Origin: Haliotis cracherodii
Taxonomy: Eukaryota
Length of the DNA: 64,000 nt
Assembly (NCBI RefSeq): GCF_022045235.1
Contig: NW_027266343.1
Span: 44,640,001-44,704,000, forward strand
Direction of reading: 5' to 3'
Shown piece by piece: positions 34,801 through 49,488 of the stretch; position 1 is the stretch's first letter; every line of letters begins with the position of its first letter. Under the pieces are notes generated by a model that saw only the letters and a list, made by a program, of their open reading frames with translations, searched no databases and was not told the DNA's origin. The position numbers and the translations under genes are program-made.

Positions 34801-37800
34801 GGCTCCAACTGCTTCTGCATGCTCTTCATCCTTTTGTTCCAGACACAGTTCGTATACAGATTTGCTCATGGCAGCTACGTCTTCCTTTAAACCCTGGAAT
34901 AGGAAACATTCAAGCAAAGCTTATATGACATCCCCGACATCCAGTGATAATTCATATTAACTTTGTTACTGCAATTACTTCAAAACTGCTTTGGTGGAAA
35001 AAACATTGTGTTTAAGAAGATGTCAAGGCATACATATGTTATAACAGCTCACCTGTAATCTAATTCTACCTAAACGTGTGTTGATGTCTATGGAAACTCC
35101 ACGCTGCCTTGCGATGCTCTGTAGTCTCAAGATCTGCATAAGATACAACACGGTCCGTTATCAGCTCTTATAACTGAATCTGTTCGTGAACATTACATCC
35201 TATTAAATAAGGCATCATGAGGACTTATTGTGTTCTTTAGAAAATATAATTGAATACATACAATGGGTTTCAATAAAGAAATCTTTAAAAAATGGTTTGT
35301 AAAAGAAATGAACCAAAGTTTTGATGAAACACGTGAAGTAGTTGGAGTTGAGGGAGACATCCTTCCGAGAGCTCGGGTGTGTCACAACCTTTAATACGAT
35401 TACATGCATCCTCAATACATAATTTGTAATAATAAGACGAAATGCCGTCTTAAAACTTGATTCTACTTTAGGAATGTAATCAGAAAATGGACCTTTTTGA
35501 ACTAGAAAAAGAGAGATACAGAATTCAATATATTGGCAAAGAGAACTACCTTTTCTTCATCCAACGTCCGTATTGTGTCGTGTTCAACAGGTTGGTCATC
35601 GAACTCTTTGATACAAGCATTCTCCAATTTCTGCTTTGCAGACTGTATACATGTTTTGCTATCAGAGAAGAATTCCACTTCTACCCCATCAGCAGGAAGG
35701 TGTTCGGCGACATGTTGGCGCCGTGACTCAGTTTGACACTTTCCAGGTTGTGTTTTTGGCCTCGCACCTCCGTGGCCTACACGACAACATGTGGTTCAAG
35801 GTCATGTTGTACATTTTAAGAAAAGCTTTCAAACACACGTTATAGCCAGTATTTCGGTTAATACGTTCAAAACATTACCCATACAGCTTAACATACGGGA
35901 GGACGAAGGCGATGTAAACATGAAGCAGCCGAAGTGAGTGAGTTTGGTTTAACGCCGCTTTTAACAGTTTTCCAGTAATATCACGACGTGTCAGCTTAAT
36001 GTGGCATTTCCGGAAAGTCCGAAGTGATGCAGGTCTCTGACGTTTACCACTTCGATGAAACCCACGAGCACGGGTATGGTGCTGACAAACCTAGAAACAT
36101 AATCTGGGCAAACCCACAATCATAGGTTTCTGGCGTGCCCAAGGGACGCTACTCTGCACACCGAATCGCGGCGCCTAAGACGACTGGGCCCCCTAGCCCC
36201 CCGAAGCAGCCGAAAGAGATAAACCATGTTTCTATATCAATCATCGTACCTTTATTCTTGTCACCAAAGAAAGGCTTCTTTGCTATTCCTCGTCTGTTCA
36301 GCAGAGATGCCAGTAGGTCGTTGAATCGATTATACCTGTCTGGTTCGTAAAGGACGAGTCGTACTTCTGTGACATACTTCAAGTTAGACAAGTCTTGCAA
36401 TTCATCATAAAGATAGTCCATCAGTAGATGTTCCGGAACTCCCCCGAAAGGACCTACGTAAATTGTTATACTTGTTAAAAATAGTTCACTTTGTGTACAC
36501 ACGCATAATATTGATTCTGTGCAAGAGCATTTGAAAAATACACTGTTGGATAAAATGTTAGGGGATTGGAGAGTCCAAAAGTTTTCCATGCAACAAACTT
36601 TTCAGTGCTTTTTCAAAGTTCAAATCAATGGATGACAGCTTAAATTTGCATATCTTTACTCTTGCATTACAGCTCATATCACTATTAATAAGTGGCTACA
36701 GTTTCAGAGATGTCATATTTTCAATGTTGTGGAGAAAAAATCCATACGGACATAATGAAAAGAGAATGTAAACCATTTTAATATGATTTTTATACTTTGT
36801 ATATTGCATTTAAAAAATTACATTTGAGCTACAGATTAAAAACAAAGGCGTGGACCAATCCCAGTCATAACATCTTGACTTCTTACACTTGAGTATTTTT
36901 CATAAAAATTTCCCATCTATTTAGCCTATCTTAAATTATAATGCCTGAAACAAGACAACATGTTCTACAGTAAGTAAGAGTAAGTTTGGTTAACAACACT
37001 TTGAACAGTGTTTCAATGACATCAAAGTGTGTCAGCTTGAGCGGTAATCCAGTCTTTGACGTTGACCTCTTTTGTGAAACCCCAAAAGCACAGGCAGAAT
37101 GCTGACAAACCAAGAAACATAATTAAGGCGAATCTCGGTTCGAACCCACGATCACAGGTTTCTGTTAACTCTGAGGGATGCTAGTTTGAACGGCGAATTG
37201 CGGCACCCTTGACGACTGGGCCACTAGTTCCCCCTTTATTTAACTTAAGCAATCTTTACCTTGCCACAACACAATGCTTACCTTGTCCAAGAGCTGGAAG
37301 AGCCACAGATGAACAGTGCATTTTATCTGCCTGTTTGATGCAGGCTTTCAGAATGGCTTTAACGCCATGGCTGAAGTGAAAGGGGTCGTAATGGATAACA
37401 GTGTTGAATGTCGCTCCTGCTATTTGAGACACTGTTAAACCTTTGGAACGGAGATCTTTTTCTGTTGAAAAACGTAATGAGAATGTACATTCATATCAAC
37501 AATTGCAAAAAAGGTTTTGAAAACCCGGATTCAAATTCACATGACACATCTCTTCCATGGTTGTTTGCTGGCATAAGTAGATTAACATAAGCCATGCTTA
37601 CAAATATTCATTTCTGGTGTGATGTGGAATATGTCGGCAGATGATGCAATACCGATTAATCTTCATGGTTTAGCATATAAAACCTTTTCTACACAGCCTT
37701 TGTAATCAAATGAATATGTGTGCATGTCTGTTTATGATGTAATACTAATTTTTGCATATCCAAAATACATCGTGTACTGCCAAGAGAAAGGAAAGTGACT

Positions 37801-39235
37801 GTCATATCAAAAAAGGCAATTTTGTCGGCCATATTTTCAACCTTTTCACAACATTCTTTCCACCTTTCGCGCTTCCCCAAATAAGCCCTTATAATTTTTT
37901 TTTGAAAAAATACAGCCAGTCATGCATTTTCAGGGGTGTACAATCAAGCTGAATGCAAATAATATACATTATAACTTGTTCAAGTTTCTTTATTTCGTAC
38001 ATGTTTAGGCCAACGGCCCATGGTACATATATTGGTCCACAGTATTAATTATTGACTCACGGTAGATAAAGGCATAATACAAATATATTGCGGTATTTCA
38101 AATTGTATTTTGGTTACAGTCAGACATTAACATATTGAATTTATCCAGGGTAGGATGGACATAAAAATGTCATGAATATCTTGTTGTCTTAAATTATCAT
38201 AGGCTTTGCATATAAACAAAAAGTGGTATTCCACATAACCAAAAATACATAATTTACAAATCCTCAGGGTTCTAGGTACATTGTTATATCTTCCCGTTTC
38301 AATATATAAGGAATGCGAACTGCAACGAAAACGAGCTATTGCCTATCTAAATTTACCAATAGTTACAGCAGATATATATGGTTCAACACAAAATGACATT
38401 TTAAATAATGAATGTTAACACATTTTAGAGCTTTTAGAAAATTGCTGAATGCCAATCCTGTTCATAAATACATTTTAGACGTGATACAAATTCAGTAATA
38501 AACAGGTTTGGGGAATCAATACCCTGATTTTCCCAAACATAACCAAACCCAAATTTATTCAAGAGCAACTTGATTTTAGACACCCAATTACATTTACCAT
38601 TAGATGCTTCAAGAAACAACATATTGTAGCTCTTTTAGGGTAACGGGAATCGGGCATATTTAAAATCTTACACCAATATGAAATGCCGTGTTGATAAATT
38701 GAGATATATAAAGGATATCGTCCACATTCACCACGGACAGTATGTGGGAGCTTTAACACCTAAAAACTGCTTATAGCCTAACAAATGGACAGATTCAATT
38801 TCCTTGTAATTATCTACTCCCCAAATTGTCATGTATGTTATACCAGGTTTTCCAAAGCATGTCCTGAAAACGAACCCAAACTCTATGATAAAATACACTG
38901 AAGCTGTACGTTTGGAACGTTGGCTGAAATTTAAAATCCTCAATATTGGTAAAATATATTATTCACGAGTGGAATTGAATTATAGCCATGTGTATAACTT
39001 CTCCAGTTCCTTAACTAGCAGTTTCAGCTCACCTTTCTGTGTTCTGTTATCTGTTCCTACAGCTGGATACTTTCGCAAGAGAACTTGATTAATTGTTCCT
39101 GTAAGTAGGTATGTTACATAAATTATAGCTCACTTCACAGGAATGTCACACTGGTCTGATGACATCACTTCCATTTTAGATAACTCATCAAAATGTCTAT
39201 GTGCAGGACTTAGGGACCGACCATTTGATATCCCC

Positions 39236-39318
<83 letters not shown>

Positions 39319-42300
39319 GTGCGTGTGCTTGTGTGCACTTGCGTTTGTGTGTACAATTTATCTTTTTCGATAACATTTGTCTTTTTAACTGTCCATATTG
39401 AAAAATTAACCTCTCCTATCCAAATGATAAGCAATCAAAATTGTGGTTCAGTTTGGGTAGAACATGCTTACCCTTTTCGTGAACACCTGGTACAATCATT
39501 GATTCTCAAAGATCCTTTCACCACTATTTTGCCTTTTACGTCTTTTACGTAATGGAATCTGTTTCGGCTGATAATGGAGACTGGTTCTGAATTCTCAGGC
39601 GTTGACATTTTATTTATATTTTTCCCCAAAAAGGTTAAAGAACATCCGGGTTTTTTTCATATGACTGTATTTAATTTGTCATGACTGGTGGTTATGGCAA
39701 CAGACAGAGTTCCAATTGCGAGTGTTCTTTAACTCGTTTCGAGTAGTATATATTGGTAAAAAGATACTGACAAGGTGTCACAAATATTTGAAGTGGGAAT
39801 TACCTTTCTTAAGATTAAACTGTGAATCCACACTATTCATGATACAGTCCACGTTTTCTTTCAAAAGATCCCCATGCTTCAGGGTGAAGTGGATGTTGCC
39901 AAATGTAATACCTCCACTTACATCAAATGGCTCTTCTGTTGAATGAATTAATAGAAGGTGTTGATAAACTAATTATATAAGAAAACATCTATGATATACA
40001 CATACGGATGATGCAATTGCTTAGTATACATTTCATTTTATTCATGATAAGCTAAATCAGTCACTTGGCGGCTGGAATCTACATGTTCTTATCATGAAAG
40101 TGAAAGGTTGGGTATGATTACAATCAAGGTGAGTATTACTTAGCAGGAGTATATCTGCAGCTTTCAGAAACATGAAGAGTATAAGAAAAAGAGAGAACCT
40201 GTGCTTTTGTGGTCTGTTTTCAGTTGTCGACCTCTTCGGCTTGAGGTCGGTATGCCGTGAAATGATCCACATTGTTTTTCAAATACCTGAAAAATGAAAT
40301 CATTGCAATGTTCTTTACATGTGTGACTACATAAAACAGATCAATATTATTAGCCGTACATTATTAGCCTTTCATTAACCATACGTGTATGGTAATTCTG
40401 TTGTTAATTATTTGAATAGTCTTAGTCAATTTTTAAAGTTATCAATGATTATTGCTATATTTTCTTGATTAGACTCCAAATCGTGGTACTGTCTCCTACC
40501 TTTGCCACATCATTGTCTTTGTCATATATGACAATCTTGATATCAATAAGCGTGGTGTCAGGGTGGTTTCTCCAGAAGTCATCTATTGCTGTGAACATGA
40601 TTCTGGCAGATACATCTTTATCATATCCGGACAATCCTATTCCCAGTGTAGGGAATAACAGACTCGTGAGCCTGCTCTTGTCAGCTTCCTCCAGGCAGAG
40701 AGTAACAGCACGGTGTAGATTCTAGAGATACCACAGATACCTAGTACAGGTAACGAATTACATGCTACGTCACTGTCAACAATATCACTCCCTCCTTTCC
40801 TTTCAAGATAAACTTTTATTTGTGACCAACGTCCACAAGTTCCAGACATTTTGTGTTTGCATTTTATGTAATGTGACGCTTATCATATATGCTTCCGATT
40901 TGTCACTATCACCTTCAGAAAAAATGCAAGCATCTAGCTAAATGATTAAGATGCTTCTAAGTGCTCTTTCATTGAGCTGGTCAGTTTCTATTTGGGAATA
41001 CACCTGTGACTGCATATGTGACGAATGAGATAACCCGTTCGTGTATTACAATTGCTAAGTTCTACACATATTACAGACAAGAGAAAAAAACTTAATTCAT
41101 CTAATGCTCGTCCTGACGTATCTATACTGCAGTGCACTGTCTGGCTTCCAATTAATTTCTAATCAAACTATTGCATCCCAGTAAACTATATCACCGAGTC
41201 TGTTGTTTCTTCTCCTCATTAGTGATTTTTAGTCTCTGGTTGTTAATGCAGAATCAGGTAGATAACAATTAATTATCAACACAATGTGTGATTACAGTGA
41301 AGTCTGTGATTAGCTCAACAATGATCACATTTACCTGTCTTCTATTCCCAACATAATTAGTCTATTCTGAATTCGTTAAGCCCTTTTGATTTTTTTTATA
41401 ATTTCTTCTCTTCAAATAAATGTTTGCAGTCAATTTATAAAATGACTATTTAGTCAGCCTTCACGTGCTGTTACGTGAGCAGGAAAATGCACTTTTGGAA
41501 GAAATATAGCATGACTGTTCACATTTTAAATATGACAGTAAAACTTTCATTTAACTACCTCTTCGCCTCGAGCTCTGTTCCACGGTGGTATGACAACATG
41601 GTAGATTTCAGACGCCTGTAGAAGACCAGCTGATGTAACTGCCAAACTGTAAGTTCCATTTGGATATTTCCTTCGACATTCAGCTTCCAAAGCCGGACCA
41701 GCAGCATCTGATATAGCCTTAGATAGTCTGCCTCTTGAAAGATTGAGTTCTCGGTCCGTTGGATTCACAATAACGTCTGCCTGAGGGGTAAATTGCAAAA
41801 TATACATTTATATGTGCTAGACATAGGTCATATAAAATATAATCAACGTATTCAATAGTTTTAACTTATCTGAATGTGTGTACTTGTTTGTTTTGTTTTT
41901 TGGTGTGTGTGTTTTTTTACCTTAAATCTGGTAATTGATCCACGTGATAAGATCACCCTCCTCCCAGAATCTGAAACAAGATTATTCCTTCATTAGAATA
42001 TGGGTTCATTCTGTTTTACATTGCAACCAGCATATATACATTACACTAGCCTGTTCGCACTTGAGTTTGGGACAGACAAGTAAGTGGCTGACTCAGTTAT
42101 CTCCGACAAATAATAAACAATGATAACCAATGTCACAATGTTATCATGCAATCGCCATCTTCGTCGGCTCTTATCACAATCATTGGAAGGCATGAGACCA
42201 CGTTCATGCGAGCTGATATTCAGTATCGACATATTTGGTACACATGTATGTATTTATGGAGACTAAACAACTTCAGTGGTGCTCATCGAACAGAGACAGA

Positions 42301-45300
42301 AGTACAACTCACCCGAAGTTCGTTGTCCACCCGTTTTCATTTGCTGGGCTTGATCCTTAAACACCTGTGTTATCAATATCAGTGATTCTGATTAGAAACT
42401 TCAACACAGTCTGTGATGTCATGGTGGTTTTAGATCTAGAAATCCTCAAAGTAACCCAGGTCTGGTGTACATTTAGACGATACCATTAATTCTTCTAAAT
42501 TAATCAGCAACATGCCGGGGGGTATAGCTAACCTTATTTGGTGTTCTTGAACATGAGAAGTGAAAGTTTGCTAAACTAGCTCTTGTATCTTTAAAATCCT
42601 TCTACCCAATACTTACAGTGTTTTCTTTGCTGTTTCGGGTTCTCTCAATCGTTTGGGTGCATATTTTAATGATATTCTAAAATCACACCCATGCCTTATA
42701 TCGATGACTGGAAGAATATTTATTATTTGTAACATGCATAAAATATTTAAGTTCACAAGTTAAAGTCAAAATCATATAAACAAACACTGTGAACAGTGTG
42801 AAACATATTGTCAGTAACATTCAAAAAGGTTATCTGGAAAGGTTACTGCCCATATGATACAAATTTAATAACTTGAAATGTCATCGTATCCCAATTGCGT
42901 GGATCGATGCTCATGATATCAATCCTTGGATTGTCTGGTCAAGACTCGATTACTTACAGACCGCCGTCATATAGCTGGAAATTGCTGAGTGCGGCGTTAA
43001 ACAATCAATCAATCAATCAATAATAACCCGAAAGGTGTTTACAGCCCAAATAAAACAAATTTACTCACTTAAAGGTGTTTGCATTTTATGCAAAACCAGA
43101 AGCAAACCCATCACAATTCTTTCCTGAATGCCATCAGAAAAATAAACCCGTTTGACTTTACAAAATAAGGTAACGGCTGTTCTTTATTCATTTTTATATT
43201 TGTTGTCTAATGTAGTCCCATATCTCTAACTACCCCCAAAACATGTCATATGACCTCCATGACTTCACCAAAAGAAAACTAACAGAAGCAGTCCATATTC
43301 GCCGCCACAAGCCATCAATCAACAGAGATCAAGGCTATTTCATCCCATCCGCCTACTATGAACTCATCAACCAATAATCACCTGTTTATTGGCTTCATGC
43401 CCCTATTGGCTTCTAGCTATGTGTTTTCTGCCCATCGTGTTGTGATAGCATAATCCCTTTGTTGTCACACCTACCTATGTTATCCCACTCATGTATGCCC
43501 TTGTTGTTACTGTTAATCCTCTATTGTTATCATCCACTTGCTATATATATTCTACACTATGTCCCTCATTCAGTCTTGCTTGACAACGGTATAAGGATCT
43601 ATACCGAAACGTCGCCTTTTACAGTATTAAAGAAGTTGTTATCCATAAAAAAATTGTGTCTATCTTGTCATGTCATATGAACTTTTAGTTTCAGGACATG
43701 ACTTCCCAAACACATCCCTAACACAGCACAAGTTTGAAACAAAAGGTCAGTGACAAATTTATAATCGCAGACATGAGATGCCAGACAATTTCAAATTACA
43801 ATCAAAGTAGTGTAATTGTAAATACACTCTTAACTGTGTTTATACAAATAAAGCGATACAACCATTTCCATATCCAATAGAAAGCACGATTCCAACTATA
43901 ACATGAGCATGTGTTTTATGAATCACTATCAAAGTGATTCTATTTCCATTGCTATTAACAGATGGCATGACCTTGTCACACAGCAAGTGCAGAGGAAAGT
44001 CGGAATCGTACAATTTCTTGTGGCAATAGAGAGCTTTTGTCGCTTCTATTTAAGTGTTATGAAATGTATCACAATTGTCATGAGTTAAATGTTTGGACAA
44101 TTAAATTGTACAGCCAAACAAAGGAGACAGGGTTCCAGTACAGCCAAACAAAGGAGACAGGGTTCCAGTTTAATAGAAGCTATATCACCAGATAATATAA
44201 TGACTTTTTCATGAGCTGAGATAAGGTTGTGCAGCGATTTCACAGTAGCAATAATCGCAACCATAAACGTAACCATAACATGCTGGTTAATTCAGACCTT
44301 GACCAAAGGTACTTTGTGACAATTCGAAAATTGGTGACTTATATGATATATTTGAATTATATAATGTTCATTTTAAGGCTTTTCATCAGTTTGAAAGATT
44401 CCTGATTATTAAATTTTGCTGAAGTTTATGATTCAACCTAATCGTGTGAGTGAGTTGGCGTGGTCTTGGGACTGCCTTTGAACAGTGTTTGGTTATATAT
44501 CAATGTTAAATGACTAGCCATTTACATAACAGTATTACCACTACATTTGTTTGCGATCAAATTCAGCTGTTGGGATCAATACCAATACACAAAATCACAA
44601 AACAATATAAATAGATATATATGTGGTGGAGGGGTATATGTGGTGGAGGGGTGAGGGTGGGGCATTTACAATGTCACGGGGGTGGGATGGGGAATGAGTG
44701 AGTAGGGGGAAGAACCTTACAACACAAAGTTACGATAAAGGCTCTGGATGAGGTGATGAAAAATGCAAAAACACAAGAACAGATAGCCACAGGGGAAAGG
44801 TTCAATACATATTTTATAACTACTGGGTGTCATGAATTTATTATTTGATGGTAGCAATAGGTTCCCAAAAACAGATTCATCATGTATACACATGCACAAA
44901 AGTTAAGCGCCACCATATTCACAGTCTCTTGATTTCACGTGTGGGAATCAGAAATACGAAATATGATGATGTATGACTGAATTAGGCTTCTATAGTTTCG
45001 TGAACCCGTGAAGTTTGTCCAGATACCACAAGAAAAGCGTGCCTTTCGTGTTCCTGCAGTTCCCCTAACCTATAAATAGTGAAATTCAAGTTTCAGACAC
45101 GTGGTTGCATTTTGCTCCTGTGTAAGATTCCCTTTCCAATAGAGGTTGAAAATCAGCCATTGTGAGGAGAAAGTTAACGAACGCTGAAAGATGGCAGGTG
45201 ATAGGCATGTCAAATGCTGGCATGTCATGCAGGGCCTTTGCAAGACAAATGGGTCGTCATCACAGTGTTATCACTCGTTTGATTATCAAACATGGTCAAT

Positions 45301-48300
45301 CCAATGATGCCAATGACGGGCATAGGTCTGGTAGGCCAAGAAAGACCTCTAACAGAGAGGATAGACGTCTTTTCAGAATAGTCAGATGAAATCCATTTGC
45401 CACTTCAACAGATTTAAGACTGCAGTGGATTACCCATCAGAGACTCTCGACGATGACCGTAAGGCGTCGCCTGGTTATAACGCCAGAAGTCCAGTAAAAC
45501 GTCCTCAACTGACTGAAAGCACAAGCGGAATCGTCTGATATGGGGTCGTGCCCGTAGTCGGTGGAACTTGGCCAACTGGAGGAGGATCCATTGGTCTGAC
45601 GAGTGTCGAATGGTGCTACGAACTGTTGATGGCCGAATACGCGTTTGGAGGCAACATAACACTCGTTTTGCTCCAAGGAATATCCAGAAGACCATAGCAT
45701 GTGGCGGGGGGTCTGTCATGAGATGGGGTTGTGTTTCCTTCAGCTGCAAACTTCCGCTGGTGACAATTCGTGGAAACCTGAATGGCCAACAATACCAAGA
45801 TGCCGTTCTTCATCCAGTGGAAGTCCCTCAGTTAGACAACCATCCTCTTCAGACAAGACCTGTTTACATGGACGACAATGCTAGACCACACAGATCTCGG
45901 GCAGTTTTGCCTTATTTGCGCCAAGAAGCTATTGCCAATCTTCCTTGGCCGTCCTGTAGTCCGGATCTTAATCCGATTGAGCATCTCTGGGACATTCTTG
46001 GCCGGAAAATCAGACATCGATCTCCCAGTTCAAAATCTCCCTGGACTTGAAGCTGCACTTCATGAAGAATGGATCCGTTTGCCTCAGAAAAGCATTCAAC
46101 GACTTGTAATGTCCGTGGATCATACCCACGTTACTGACGTTTCTGTCTCTGCACTCCCTAGGGTGTCTATGTGACACCTGATATGATCTGCTGATATCAT
46201 GACAGTTACATGACAAAAAAAGTTTTTCAATGTTTTCTGATCCTTCAATTTCTGGTCTTCGGTAAAATTCCTTTCTGCTCATATTCTTTTGGAACACAAG
46301 ATAAACTTGCTTTGGGACAACTTTTGCATCACATGAGGTTTACATATACGGCTTATAACAATCGTACATCTCGTTTTAATAGTCATCATTATGTGCCAAA
46401 AGTAACAAATCAAGACATGAACCTGGTAGTTAGCATACCTTATGTATATGGTTAAAAAGCTTGATTTAACGCCCTAGATTACATAATTAATATTTTATTG
46501 AAGACTTTTACATAATAGGTGAAACCTTGCCTGGCATAGGTATTAGTTGTTTTTTTTTTTGTTTAACGCCGTACCCAGCAATATTTCAGCTGTATGACGA
46601 CTGTCTGTAAATAATCGAATCTTGGCCTGATAATCAAGTCTTCGTTTACCATGAACATTGATATATGCAATTGACATTCATGAACCACTCATGAACCTGA
46701 CCATTCGATCCCGGTAGTCACTTTTCGACAAGAATGAGTTGCTGACGTTCTTCAACGGGGCATATGTGTCTGTAATGAAAAGATATAAAAAAGATTATGT
46801 GTAAAGAAATACACCAAACCTGTATGTTCTCCCTATCCCTGGGATACAGGATGACTCTTATGTCTGTGAGGGATGTATTCGGGCACTGTGACCAGAAGTC
46901 GTGTATGGTTGATAACATAGCCTCGGCTACCACATCTCGAGAATATCCTCCAATCCCTGTACCAAGTGCTGGCATTGCGATGCTGGAACAGTTGTGTCTG
47001 TCAGCAGTTGTTAAGCATTCCTTAACTATGTCTGCCACAGCCTGCAAAAGAGATTTCTATTTCAATTGAAACCCACATATAGAAAGTGATATTGGGGCAG
47101 ATATTTTCGACGAGCACATTTATATAATATATATCAATAGAATGAACACGAAGGTCATGAAAACTGTTCATAATGCCGCCTGCCATGATGTCTTTTGGCA
47201 AAGCTTTTTCCAGCATAATCAACTTTGAATACATCTATTTCAAAGATAAAAAAACAACGACAGTAGGTGCGCAATTAGAGAAAGAGATGGTAAAATAATG
47301 TATGCATCCCCAACAGTTCTGAAATGGTGCTTTCTTTTGGTCACTGCAGGTGCCTTTTTTCTGTACCTGGGTTTTATGGGAGTACTCTAACTGTAGTTGA
47401 TAGCCTATACCCGAATATTTATCAATGCAGTAATACAGTTAGGGCTTATAGATATATGGATTACCGATCGATATGCTTCTCTGTGAAGGCACAAGACATG
47501 AAGGTCAAACTTTCACAATTATTTTATTTCAGGTGGCAGGGGCATTTTATTTGATTCAAACCCTGCTCTTGCGATCATACACCTGTATACTAAGTTTTAC
47601 CTTTACCTTTACCTCAAGTACAGCTTTACCTTTTTGACAGTTGTATTTTGTGTGTGTTGACGAAGAAAGGGCATTCGCAGGGGTGTGGATGTCTTCATAC
47701 AAACATGATACACCTTTTTGCACTTCAGTTTGAAACCAGGTGTGACAACAATTGAACCAGGGTTAATGCCTTGTGGGTATATCCTGCAGGCAGACAATAA
47801 CTCTGGACCAGCGGCTTCAAGAATGGCTGTCGAAACTGGCCCTGCATTTTGTAAATTCAATTCCTTGTTCGTAGTGTTGACGATAACATCTACCTGAAAA
47901 ACACAAAATACATGTATGTGTTCTCGTGTGTATAGGTGTTTACAAAATGTTTACAAAATATTTACAAAAGTGAATCTGAATTCTTCCCAGACCTATCACA
48001 ATATACATAAAGAAAATAGATTATTATTTGGACAGGCTTCATTAATTGTCTTGTCGAGTCATTCCTGCTCTCACAGTATTAATAGCAGCATACAAGAAAA
48101 ATGGTGTATAAACTGATACTGTAAACCACAGCCTGATGAATTTGTTTCCGAAAATGTTTTTCTTATCTACATAACAGGGAATTAGCACACCTGTCACAAA
48201 TAACTTGAAATTGTACTGTATCAGTAAACATTACCATTTTCGAATGTGAGATTTTTATTTGTTATCAAAATACATATTTGAAGCCCTGACTAACACACAA

Positions 48301-49404
48301 TCTACATTGACACCTCTATATTTACAGAAAAATTCAACGAAATTATACATCATCGTTTGTCATCATCTTTCATAAAGTTTGGCATGATACACATGAATGC
48401 TAAGATGATACAGGTGAATAAAGGTTTCATGATGTTTATACCTTTTGTTCAGCAATGCTTCCTTCAACCAGCTTTATTTTATACCCACACTTCACATCTG
48501 ATAGAGCTACAATGAATAAATAGAAACTGCATGAAATATATGAATGTGGTATAACTATTAAAACATGGGACTTCGTTATTGCCTTGGGTCCATGATGCAA
48601 TACTGTAGTACATACACTCATAGCTTGTCTTGCCATGTAGTCAAACCAGAGAAAAAATAGGCCTCGGATAACGATGCCATTCACTATTTCAACTTTTTAT
48701 ATATTATCATATGCAGATGGTTATTAGTTTTCAAGTTGACATACCAGACACTCTTCTCTGTGTTCTGGGGGATGATTGTTGCATCTGAGCACCTGTCCCG
48801 CCTTGTAAACGTGGTTGTATGTGAACATTTGATGCCCCTAAGACGTCTTGCAGCGAGTTTACAAAGCTGTCCACAGTTTTGCCGTTCACTGTACAGAAAT
48901 AAACGTCCTTGATTGTACTGGATTTATGTTTCACAAAGTAGTCTCTTACTGCAGTGGTTATAACCTTTGTAGCAGCATCTTTTGGATATCCAAAGATTCC
49001 AGCACTCAAAGCAGGTATTGCAATAGAGCTCCCCAGTCTGTTGTCTGTAAGCTCCAGACTTCTTGTGACAGCTTCTCGCAATTTTTCCTTTTCTTTCTTC
49101 TTTCCTCCTTCCCATCTTGGACCTACTGCATGCACAATGAAATCACAGCTACCTTTCAGTCTTCCTGGCTTCGACAACACAGCATCTCCATCCAGAACTG
49201 CACCATACGAATTCACGTGTCTGGTACACTCATCTTGCACGTCTTTTCCAGCTGAAATATGTTCTAAAATATACTTTCTTCTCTACCAATTATGGATACA
49301 TACCTGGTAAATCACACTTGGCATATTAAAATATCTGTATAACACGTCATTGACTGTAAACATAATCCGTTAAAGTAAACAGTTTCAATGTAGAAAGATT
49401 TCGG

Positions 49405-49488
<84 letters not shown>

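Noticed and set aside
39143-39552. CVCVCV and HTHTHT ORFs (also YIHT at 27435 and IYIY at 49347)
   Set aside because: Microsatellite translations.
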